Source: an uncultured Acidobacteriota bacterium (GTDB lineage Bacteria > Acidobacteriota > Thermoanaerobaculia > UBA5066 > Gp7-AA6). Taken from it: DNA of 64,000 nucleotides. The stretch covers positions 64,001-128,000 of the forward strand of contig CAVXTP010000014.1 in the NCBI GenBank assembly GCA_963764715.1. The letters run 5' to 3'. Below, piece after piece: positions 10,428 through 17,958 of the stretch (position 1 is its first letter; every line of letters starts with the position of its first letter). The translations under genes and the position numbers were made by a program. Below the pieces are notes generated by a model, which had not been told where the DNA came from, searched no databases, and saw only the letters and a list, made by a program, of their open reading frames with translations.

Positions 10428-10910
10428 CTAGTCCGGTTTCGCCTGCGTCAGCGTCAGCGTGCTGTAGGAGAACTCGATCGTGGCGGTGACCTCGGTCAGG
10501 GAGCCGGTGCCGGCGGACGAGAACGTGGCCGGCTGGACGTTGGTCAGCTCCCATCGCGCCAGGATCACCTGCTGGTTGTCGCGGGCCACGATCGAGGCAT
10601 TCTTCGAAACCGGATTGTCGTTGGACGTCGCGTCGTTCAGCCAACCCATGAGACGGTTGAGCCCCTTCTGGGTCACGGTGATCGCGAGGCGCCGCTGGTC
10701 CGGCGAGTACGCCGTGTTGAGCTGGCGCGAGTCGGTCTTCAGCTGGGGGTCGTGATTGAACTCGATCCGGTAGCCGATCACTCCCTGGACCTGCGCCCCG
10801 TCGACGATGAACTGAAAGCTGTTCTCGCGCGGATCGCCCCCCGTCTGGGCGGAGAGCAGGGCCGGCGACAGCATCGCCATCGCGAGCAACAGGTGACGAA
10901 ATCGAAGCAT
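10428..10910 (-). CDS. Signal-peptide-bearing protein resembling a phage/eCIS tail-tube protein (T4 gp19-like)
   Basis: DP...FQFIVDG, LMGW, KNASIVARDNQQVILARWELTNVQP and EVTATIEFSYSTL match the gp19-like pattern; N-terminus MLRFRHLLLAMAMLSPALLSA-Q; GGAGG SD. Confidence 0.7.
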   Translation of the reverse strand: MLRFRHLLLAMAMLSPALLSAQTGGDPRENSFQFIVDGAQVQGVIGYRIEFNHDPQLKTDSRQLNTAYSPDQRRLAITVTQKGLNRLMGWLNDATSNDNPVSKNASIVARDNQQVILARWELTNVQPATFSSAGTGSLTEVTATIEFSYSTLTLTQAKPD

Positions 10911-11077
10911 CGTGCCTCCAAAAAATGAGGCCCCAGCCTAGCATGGGGCCGGCGGATTCGCGGGAGACCCGGACGCAGGAACTACGGAGCTCGGGGCGAG
11001 CTCGTCGCTCGTTCCCGGAACGCGGACGGCGAGGGCCCGTTCGTCGTTTGCCGGTAGAATCGCCGGGGAGGGACAGC

Positions 11078-11632
11078 GTGACGCCCGACGACATCGCCCC
11101 CGAGTTCCGCTCCCAACCCAAGGACTACGCGAAGGCGGCCCCGATCGACGGGGTCCGGACGCTCCGCCTCACCCGCTTCACCGACGACCGCGGATTCTTC
11201 CTCGAGATCTTCCGTTCGAAAGCGAACCATCCCGGCAGCCGCGAGCTCGCGGAGTTCTTCGCCGGCGTGCCGGTCGCCCAGATGAACTACTCGATCGTCG
11301 ACGCCGAAGGCCACATCAAGGGGCTTCACTACCACCTCAAGCAGGACGACATCTGGTTCGTGCCGCCCCCGTCGAAGGCCAAGTTCGTGCTCTTCGACGT
11401 CCGCGAGCGCTCGTCCACGTTCGGAAAGACCCAGGTCATCGTGGCCGGCGGCGGGCAGGACGTCCTGGTCCGAATTCCCGCCGGCGTGGCCCACGGCTAC
11501 CGTCCGCTGACGAACCCGTGCGCTCTCCTCTACTTCGTGACGGAGACCTTCGACCCGGCGGCGCCGGACGAGCTGCGGATCCCCTGGGACCACCCGGCCG
11601 TCAAGGACCTCTGGGCGGTCCCGAACGGATAA
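11078..11632 (+). CDS. dTDP-4-dehydrorhamnose 3,5-epimerase family (RmlC-like cupin)
   Basis: FTDDRGFFLE, KGLHYH, IPAGVAHGY; GTG start with GGAGGG SD. Confidence 0.88.
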   Translation: MTPDDIAPEFRSQPKDYAKAAPIDGVRTLRLTRFTDDRGFFLEIFRSKANHPGSRELAEFFAGVPVAQMNYSIVDAEGHIKGLHYHLKQDDIWFVPPPSKAKFVLFDVRERSSTFGKTQVIVAGGGQDVLVRIPAGVAHGYRPLTNPCALLYFVTETFDPAAPDELRIPWDHPAVKDLWAVPNG

Positions 11633-11633
11633 A

Positions 11634-11786
11634 CCGTCGCTCGCGCTTCGCTCGGGGTCTCGCTGCGCGACCGGTGGGCGGCTCGCCAAATGGGGCTCGA
11701 CCGCCCACCTGACCCCTCGCTTCGCGCTCGCTCCCGCGGCGCGGACCTCCTCCCTCCCTTCGGTCGGGAGACTATCCGCGCCGCGA
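11634..11786. repeat. Structured intergenic repeat, copy B (inverted relative to A and C)
   Basis: Reverse complement aligns with copies A and C. Confidence 0.85.
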
Positions 11787-11818
11787 GCTTGAGGGACTTC
11801 TCCTCTCGACGAGGTTCG

Positions 11819-12319
11819 TCAGGCTGAGGTGCTCGCCGCGAGCTTTTCCATCGCGTCTTCCGGGAGCGTGTAGCGCACCCAGTCGGGCTGGGGACCCGCG
11901 CCGATGCGGCGGTAGAAGCGCATCGCGTTCACGTTCCAGTCGAGGACGGCCCAGTCGATCCGGAGGACCTTGCGGCGCACTCCCTCGCGGGCGAGCGCGA
12001 CCATGAGCGCCTCCCCCACGCCGCCGGAGCGGTCGGTCTGCGCGACCACGAGGTCCTCGAGGAACAGGAAGGGCCGGGCGCGGAACGAGGAGCCGAGGCC
12101 CTCCCAGAAGATCGCCATGCCTTCGATCCGCCCGCCGCGCTCGGCGACGAGGGCCTCGATCTTCTTCTCGTCGAAAATCATCGCGCCGAGCCGGGCCGCC
12201 TCGGCGTCGTCGGGCAGAGGCAGCTTCTCGAACGCCGCGAGCTCGCGGTCGAGCTCGACCATGCGCGGCCAGTCCTCCCGGCGCGCGGGCCGGACCGAAA
12301 CCGGGTCCGGCGAGGTCAC
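11819..12319 (-). CDS. GNAT family N-acetyltransferase (SSAT-like)
   Basis: FLEDLVV..RSGGVGEALM, WAVLDWNVNAMRFY; GTGA overlap with the upstream gene. Confidence 0.88.
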   Translation of the reverse strand: MTSPDPVSVRPARREDWPRMVELDRELAAFEKLPLPDDAEAARLGAMIFDEKKIEALVAERGGRIEGMAIFWEGLGSSFRARPFLFLEDLVVAQTDRSGGVGEALMVALAREGVRRKVLRIDWAVLDWNVNAMRFYRRIGAGPQPDWVRYTLPEDAMEKLAASTSA

Positions 12320-12843
12320 TTCGCCGCCGCGACCTGGGCGAAGTCGACGTACGAAAGGAGCTTCAACGCCGCGTCCCGGTCGATGTTCGCTCCCTGGGCG
12401 AGCACCAGGCGCGAGGGCAGCACCACGACCGTGACGAGCGTCGTCGGGTTGCCGCTCGAGCGGTCGGTCACGGCGAACGCCTTCTTGCCGGCGATCGTCG
12501 TCTCCTTCGTCTCGACGCTGCCGACCTTGGCGGACTCCGCGACGGCCTTCCGGATCTCGGGCTCGAGGTCCTTCTCCTTGCCGTAGTCCTGGACGACCAG
12601 GCGGAACTGCCGCGTCACGGTCGGCCCCTCGATGCGCTGGTAGAAGCGCGAAACCTCGGTGAAGACCCCCATGTCGTTCTCGTCGGTGTCGGGCAGAGGG
12701 TCGCGGGGCGCCGCCTCCCAGCCCGGGATCTGGGCCGGCAGTCCGTTGCGAAGCGATCCCGGCCAGGCCGTCGGCGCCTTCTCCTGCGCCGCGAGCGCCG
12801 AGGCGAGCGCGAGGCCGAGGACGGCGGCGGAAAGCGTGCGCAT
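12316..12843 (-). CDS. Exported hypothetical protein
   Basis: Signal peptide MRTLSAAVLGLALASALAAQ; C-terminal part of the 677-aa ORF; coupled to the GNAT gene. Confidence 0.75.
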   Translation of the reverse strand: MRTLSAAVLGLALASALAAQEKAPTAWPGSLRNGLPAQIPGWEAAPRDPLPDTDENDMGVFTEVSRFYQRIEGPTVTRQFRLVVQDYGKEKDLEPEIRKAVAESAKVGSVETKETTIAGKKAFAVTDRSSGNPTTLVTVVVLPSRLVLAQGANIDRDAALKLLSYVDFAQVAAAK

Positions 12844-12897
12844 TGCGAAAAGGATAGCGCAATCGTTGTTAAACTCGGGAGAGTCGCCGTCAACTCC

Positions 12898-14418
12898 ATG
12901 GACGAGCTCGAGCGCGCGCGCATTCGCGTGTATCGCAACGACCCTGCCGGGCGGGGCGAGCGGCTCGTCGCCACCGATCCCCCGCGCTTCGTGGACGAAG
13001 GCGCATGGGCTTTCCGCGTCGAGGGACGCGCTCCGGACCCGAAGCCTTACCCTCCCGACACCGCCGAGTTTCTCCACTGGCAGCTCTCTTCGGCTCTCGA
13101 GCGCGGCAAGCGGCTGTGGCAGGGGCTCCGGCCGGGCGGCCGCTGGGTGCCGGGCGCGGTGCTTCCGGCAGTTCCGGCCGCGGGCGACGACCTCAACGCC
13201 TACTACGACCGCCGCGCGCTGCGCTTCTTCCGCACCCGGGACGCGCGGACCGGCGCCGTCGTCCAGTCGGGCGACAGCGTCGACGTCGCCGCGCACGAGC
13301 AGGGGCATGCGGTCCTCGACGCGCTGCGGCCGGACCTCTGGGACGCGCCGCACTTCGAGGTCGCCGCGTTCCACGAGGCCTTCGGCGACCTCGCCGCGAT
13401 CTTCGTGGCCCTCGCCGAGCCACCGCTCGCCTCGCGCGTCGTCGAGGAGACCGGCGGCGACCCGGCGCGCTCGAATCTCGTCTCGCGACTGGCCGAGGAG
13501 CTCGGCGGCGCGGTGCGCGACCGCTACGGCGAGGACGCGGCGATGCCCCGGTCGCTCCGCGACGCGGCCAACGACTTCCGCTACGCCGACCCGAAGACGC
13601 TGCCCGACGCGGCGCCGGCGTCCGAGCTTTCGGCCGAGCCCCATTCCTTCTGCAACGTGATGACGGGCGCCGGCTGGGACCTCCTCGTCGCGCTCTTCCG
13701 CGCCGAGCCGGAACGCGACCGCGTCGGGGCCCTGCGCAACGCGGCCGCCGCGCTCGCCCGGCTCGCCGTCGCGGCGGCGGAGGCGGCGCCCTCCGGCGCC
13801 GACTTCTTCGGCCGCGTGGCGCGCCGCCTCGTCCGCTCGGCGCGGGACGCCGGTGACGCCTCCGCCCCGGAGCTCGCGCGAGCGCTCGTGGCGCGCGGGC
13901 TCCTGTCGACCTCCGACGTCGGCGACGAGCTCGCGCCGGACGCGGACCGCGCCCTCTTCCTTCCGGACGACGGCGGGCCGATGCCGCCGCCGCTTCGCGC
14001 GGCGATCGAAGCGAGGCTGCCTCCGGCGCGGGGCGGCGAGATCGTCACCCTCGCGTCCCGGGGCCCGGAACGCCCGCCCCTTCTTCGCGGGCGACGCCGC
14101 CGCGACCTCGTGCTGCGCGGCAGCGAGTTCGGCCCCGCCGACGGCGCCGCCGTCGAGCTGTCGGATTCCTTCGCCCTGGCGTTCGAAGGCTCCGGCGTGC
14201 TGCGCGCGTCGCGCTTTCATCCGGCGTCCGACCGCGATGCCGACGACGCTCGCGCCTTCGTGCGGTTCCTCGCGCGCCGACGCGCGATCGCCGACGAGAC
14301 CGAGGGCCGCGCCGCGACCCGGCGGCTCGCAAGCGAGGGGAAGTCCCACGCCGTGGTCCGGGAAGAAGACGGGATCCGCCGCCTGCGTCGCGTGTGGATC
14401 GCGAAGGAGGAACGATGA
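12898..14418 (+). CDS. Gluzincin zinc metallopeptidase (M4/M36-like), no signal peptide, with an unassigned C-terminal domain
   Basis: DLNAYYDR, DVAAHEQGHAVLD (HEXXH), FHEAFGD third ligand, EPH. Confidence 0.85.
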   Translation: MDELERARIRVYRNDPAGRGERLVATDPPRFVDEGAWAFRVEGRAPDPKPYPPDTAEFLHWQLSSALERGKRLWQGLRPGGRWVPGAVLPAVPAAGDDLNAYYDRRALRFFRTRDARTGAVVQSGDSVDVAAHEQGHAVLDALRPDLWDAPHFEVAAFHEAFGDLAAIFVALAEPPLASRVVEETGGDPARSNLVSRLAEELGGAVRDRYGEDAAMPRSLRDAANDFRYADPKTLPDAAPASELSAEPHSFCNVMTGAGWDLLVALFRAEPERDRVGALRNAAAALARLAVAAAEAAPSGADFFGRVARRLVRSARDAGDASAPELARALVARGLLSTSDVGDELAPDADRALFLPDDGGPMPPPLRAAIEARLPPARGGEIVTLASRGPERPPLLRGRRRRDLVLRGSEFGPADGAAVELSDSFALAFEGSGVLRASRFHPASDRDADDARAFVRFLARRRAIADETEGRAATRRLASEGKSHAVVREEDGIRRLRRVWIAKEER

Positions 14419-15020
14419 GGATGAGGAAGCAACTGCTCGCCGCGGCCGCCGTCCTGGCGTCCGCGCGCTGCGCGTCGGCGCCGACCGCCGCGACCGCTCC
14501 GGCGCCCGAGCCCGTGACGCCGGCCGACTTCGTCGCGTCGATCGCCGACGTCGCCGCCGGCCGCAACGCCGCCATGGCCGAGGCCGGCCTCGTGCTGGCG
14601 AAGGTCGAGTTCCGCCTCGCCGTCGGCACCGAGACGAAAGGCGGCGGGAAGATCGAGGTCCTGGTGCTCGACGCCGAGGCGGCCCGGCGAACCGAGACGT
14701 CCTTCCTCCAGGAGCTCACGCTCGAGATCCCGGCGTCCGGACGGCGTGGCGCGGCGCCGCGGCCGCTCGTTCCGGGCGTGCGCGAGTTCGTCGAGGCCGC
14801 GATGAACACGGCGCGGGACCTCGCGCGGGCGACGGCGGAGGCCGGCCTGCCTCAGCGCCTGCGGTCGGTCGAGCTGACGGCGAAGATCACGCGGTCGCGC
14901 ACGCTCTCGGGCGGAATCGCCGCGACGATCCCGGCCTGGGTCAAGCCCTCGGTCGGCGCCGAGCTCGGGCGGACCGCCGAGGAGGAGAACACGGTCCGGA
15001 TGGTCTTCGAGGCGCGCTGA
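14415..15020 (+). CDS. Exported or lipoprotein-like protein with two tandem Trypco-like domains
   Basis: Two repeats of a helix plus long beta-hairpin: KVEFRLAVGTETKGGGKIEVLVL...QELTLE and SVELTAKITRSRTLSGGI...GAELGR...NTVRMVF; ATGA overlap with the peptidase; GGAGG SD. Confidence 0.65.
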   Translation: MRMRKQLLAAAAVLASARCASAPTAATAPAPEPVTPADFVASIADVAAGRNAAMAEAGLVLAKVEFRLAVGTETKGGGKIEVLVLDAEAARRTETSFLQELTLEIPASGRRGAAPRPLVPGVREFVEAAMNTARDLARATAEAGLPQRLRSVELTAKITRSRTLSGGIAATIPAWVKPSVGAELGRTAEEENTVRMVFEAR

Positions 15021-15038
15021 CGCGGCCGCTCCCGGGCC

Positions 15039-15073
15039 AAAAAAAAGCGGCCCCTTGCGGGACCGCTTCTTTC
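15039..15073. terminator. Bidirectional intrinsic terminator
   Basis: A8 run, then GCGG-C-CCC / TTGC / GGG-A-CCGC stem-loop, then TTCTTT, between convergent genes. Confidence 0.8.
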
Positions 15074-15092
15074 TCTCCCCGGGAGAAACGAA

Positions 15093-15392
15093 CTACTTCT
15101 TCACTCCGAGGATGGCGTCCTTCGCCTTCTTCGAAACGCGGAACTTCACCACCCGCTTGGCAGGAATCTTGATCTCTTCGCCCGTGGCCGGGTTGCGGCC
15201 CATGCGCGCCTTCCGATTCACGAGAACGAGCTTGCCGACGCCGGGGATCGTGAAGCTGTTCTTCGCTTCCTTGTAGGCGAGCGCCGTCAGGTCGTCGAGG
15301 AACTGCGTCGCAACCCGCTTCGTGGTGCCCGTGGACTTGGAAAGATGATCGGCGATGGAGGACTTCGAAAGCGCCTTGGAGTCTTTGGCCAT
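15093..15392 (-). CDS. hup: HU family DNA-binding protein
   Basis: FTIPGVGKL...RKARMGRNPATGEEIKIPAKRVVKF. Confidence 0.95.
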   Translation of the reverse strand: MAKDSKALSKSSIADHLSKSTGTTKRVATQFLDDLTALAYKEAKNSFTIPGVGKLVLVNRKARMGRNPATGEEIKIPAKRVVKFRVSKKAKDAILGVKK

Positions 15393-15566
15393 ATGCACTA
15401 CCCCTTTTCTCTGTGGAATCGCCCCTTCGGGGCGTATCAAACTGGGGCCGTATTCTAGTCCCCCCGGCGCGACGTGAAGCAAGAAAAATTCGCGCCCGCC
15501 TGCGAAAAACCATTGGCCGACTCTTTCGCCGCATCGCGCGCCGGACGATGTAAGATCCGGCGTCCG

Positions 15567-17024
15567 ATGATTCGCGCCCTCGATCGGGACCCCGGAACCG
15601 TCGGCCGCGGACGATCGGAAACACGACGAGCGATCGCGACGGCCGCCGTCTGCCTCGCGCTCCTCGGCACATCCGGATGCGAAGGCGGCTCCGCCGCGAT
15701 AGGCGGGCGCATCCTCGAGCGTTACCGCAAGGTCTCCGGGGCCAAGCCTTTGCCGGCCGGCGGGATGATCCGGATCCGCCTCGCCCGTCCGGCCGGCGAG
15801 CCGGGCGAGCCCGGCCGCGAAGAGGTGCTCTGGGAGCCGTTTCGGTATCGCGACACGGTGTCGTCGGCCGGGCTGACGACGGTCCTGGGGATCGAGTCGG
15901 CACGCGCGTTCTTCGTCGACGGCGACGGCGTCACGCGCGTCGCCTCCGAGCCGGTGCTCCGCGACCTGCTGACCCGCTCCTATTTCTGGCGGCGCGCCTG
16001 GCTGTTCCGCGATCGGGAGAAGGCGCTCCTGCACCTCGGGCCGGCGGAGGCCGACGCGGTCTCGATCCGGCTCGAGGTCCTCGGCGGAAACACCCTGACC
16101 CTGTCGTTCTCGGGAAAGGACGGACGGCTCCTTTCGGCCCGCGCTCCCCGCTTCCACCTCGAGTTCCAGTCCCCGGAGCGGTTCCGCGACCTCTCCGACC
16201 CAAAGCGCCCGTTCGAGGGCGAGATCGCCTGGACGGGCCTGCCGACCGGCCGCATGCCGAGCCCCGAGGTCGGCGGGGGGCGGGCGCGGTTCGCGCAGCC
16301 GTCGTCGCAACTCCCCTACGTGCGCGCCGGCGGGGCCCTCGTGGTGGATGCCCGCATCTCCGGCGTCCCGGTCCGTCTCGCGATCGACGCCGCCGCCGAC
16401 GGGCCGATCGTCCTGTCCCCCGCCCTCGCGGCGCGACTCCCCCTGAAGTTCACGACCGACGTGTTCGGACGGCGGCTCGCCCCCGGGGCGACGCTCGAGG
16501 CCGGGGCGGCCTCGTGGCCCTCCCTCTTCGCGCAGGTCGACGACTCGGTGCCGTCCGGCGCCGACGCCGTGGCCGGGGCCTGCCTGTTCCGCGAGACGGT
16601 CGTCGAGCTCGATCCCGTCGCGCGCCGCCTCGGGCTCCACGACCCGGCGGCCTGGGTGGCGCCGGACGGCTTCGTCCGGATCGTGATCGACGACGACAAC
16701 GACCGCCCCGTCGCCACGCTCCGGAACGGCTCCGAGGACTTGCGGCTGACGGCCCCGAGCGACGCCGGCGGCGCGGCCATCGAGCTTTCGGCGGCGAGCG
16801 CCGCGCGGACTGGGCTCGCGGGGGCCCCCGAGGCGGCGGGGCTCAAGTGGGGACCGCTCCGTCTCCCGGCCCTGCGCCTCGCCACCTCGTCTCGCGCGTT
16901 CGCCCCCGACTGGGGCGACGACGGGCGCCTCGGGTTCCCGATCTTCGAGCGCTGCCACGCCTTCATCGACATGCCCCAGCGCTGGTCGTACCTGAAGCCG
17001 TTGGATGAGGCGACCGCTCCTTAG
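15567..17024 (+). CDS. Hypothetical lipoprotein with degenerate aspartyl-protease-like domains
   Basis: Lipobox TSGC; VDARISG...LAIDAAADG and DGRLGFPIF resemble a retropepsin fold but lack DTG; start uncertain. Confidence 0.55.
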   Translation: MIRALDRDPGTVGRGRSETRRAIATAAVCLALLGTSGCEGGSAAIGGRILERYRKVSGAKPLPAGGMIRIRLARPAGEPGEPGREEVLWEPFRYRDTVSSAGLTTVLGIESARAFFVDGDGVTRVASEPVLRDLLTRSYFWRRAWLFRDREKALLHLGPAEADAVSIRLEVLGGNTLTLSFSGKDGRLLSARAPRFHLEFQSPERFRDLSDPKRPFEGEIAWTGLPTGRMPSPEVGGGRARFAQPSSQLPYVRAGGALVVDARISGVPVRLAIDAAADGPIVLSPALAARLPLKFTTDVFGRRLAPGATLEAGAASWPSLFAQVDDSVPSGADAVAGACLFRETVVELDPVARRLGLHDPAAWVAPDGFVRIVIDDDNDRPVATLRNGSEDLRLTAPSDAGGAAIELSAASAARTGLAGAPEAAGLKWGPLRLPALRLATSSRAFAPDWGDDGRLGFPIFERCHAFIDMPQRWSYLKPLDEATAP

Positions 17025-17037
17025 CGCGTCCTTCCGA

Positions 17038-17202
17038 AACATCCGTTCGCGGCGCGAATAGTCTCCCGACCGGAGGGAGGGAGGAGGTTCGCGCCGCGGG
17101 AGCGAGAGTGCGGCGAGGGACCAGGGGCGCGGTCGAGCCCACAGGCGAGCCGCGACCCGGTGCGCCCGCAGGGCGCAGGTCCCGCGCAAGCTCGAGCGAC
17201 GG
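17038..17202. repeat. Structured intergenic repeat, copy C
   Basis: AACATCCGTTCGCGGCGCG...GAGCGACGG aligns with copy A. Confidence 0.85.
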
Positions 17203-17436
17203 TTACAGGGCGCGCTCTTGCCGCGGCTCGAACGCGATCTCGGCGTCGCAGCGCCCGCAGAGAACCTTGTCCAGTCCCTCGAGCCAGCGGGCCGCCAGGC
17301 GAAGCTCGCTCGCGCAGCCGGGGCACTCCATCCGAACGTACTCGTCGGCGGAGGTTCCGTTCTTGTCGGGGGCGCCGCGGCGCGCCAGGCCTCCGCGCCG
17401 CGCGGGGTCAAAAGGGACAACGTTGGGTTGGCTCAC
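17203..17436 (-). CDS. Small zinc-ribbon protein
   Basis: CPGC...CGRC; GGAGG SD; GTGA overlap with the upstream gene. Confidence 0.65.
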   Translation of the reverse strand: MSQPNVVPFDPARRGGLARRGAPDKNGTSADEYVRMECPGCASELRLAARWLEGLDKVLCGRCDAEIAFEPRQERAL

Positions 17437-17753
17437 CGTCGTTCCTCCTGTCCGAAATGCCGTTGGGCTTCCGCCACGGCAGAAGCATCCGGGTCCGCCA
17501 GGGTCAGGCGCGTCCGTCCCGGGCCCCGCGACTTGCGGACCGCGAGCAGGACGACGCCGAAGAAGAAGAGCACGCCCCCGGTCGAGAGCAGGCTCGCGAT
17601 CGCGGCCCGCACGGGCCGGGGAGCTTCGCGCAGGTCACGCCCGCCGGCACCGACGACGACCCCGCCGAGAAAGAGGCACAGCACCGAAACGAGCAGGAGG
17701 GTCCGCGGGCGGTCGTCCGAGCGGCGCGCGGGCTGCGACCACACGAGCCTCAT
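17433..17753 (-). CDS. Small membrane protein (2 TM)
   Basis: Two hydrophobic segments; coupled to the zinc-ribbon gene. Confidence 0.5.
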   Translation of the reverse strand: MRLVWSQPARRSDDRPRTLLLVSVLCLFLGGVVVGAGGRDLREAPRPVRAAIASLLSTGGVLFFFGVVLLAVRKSRGPGRTRLTLADPDASAVAEAQRHFGQEERR

Positions 17754-17958
17754 GCCGTCACCGAAAGCGTCCGGGACGCGGCTGGCCGGGATGGCCGCCG
17801 CGAAGCTGCGTCGCGAGCGAGGTCGAGTGCCAATCGGCCCTCCGCAGCGTCCGGGGGCGAAGAATGGCTCTTCGTCCCCTATTTCAACGATTCGATTCTA
17901 CCCGTCGGGCGGCGCACCGGCAATGGAATTATGCTTGCGCCCCGTCGAAAGGAACTTC

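Noticed and set aside
10428-10910. Prophage, eCIS or T6SS locus
   Set aside because: Only a lone tube-like gene is present; no sheath, baseplate, spike, integrase or capsid gene is nearby.
15393-17420. 775-aa ORF fusing a long N-terminal region to HU
   Set aside because: HU starts at ATG 15392 with its own SD; the upstream part is antisense to the lipoprotein gene.
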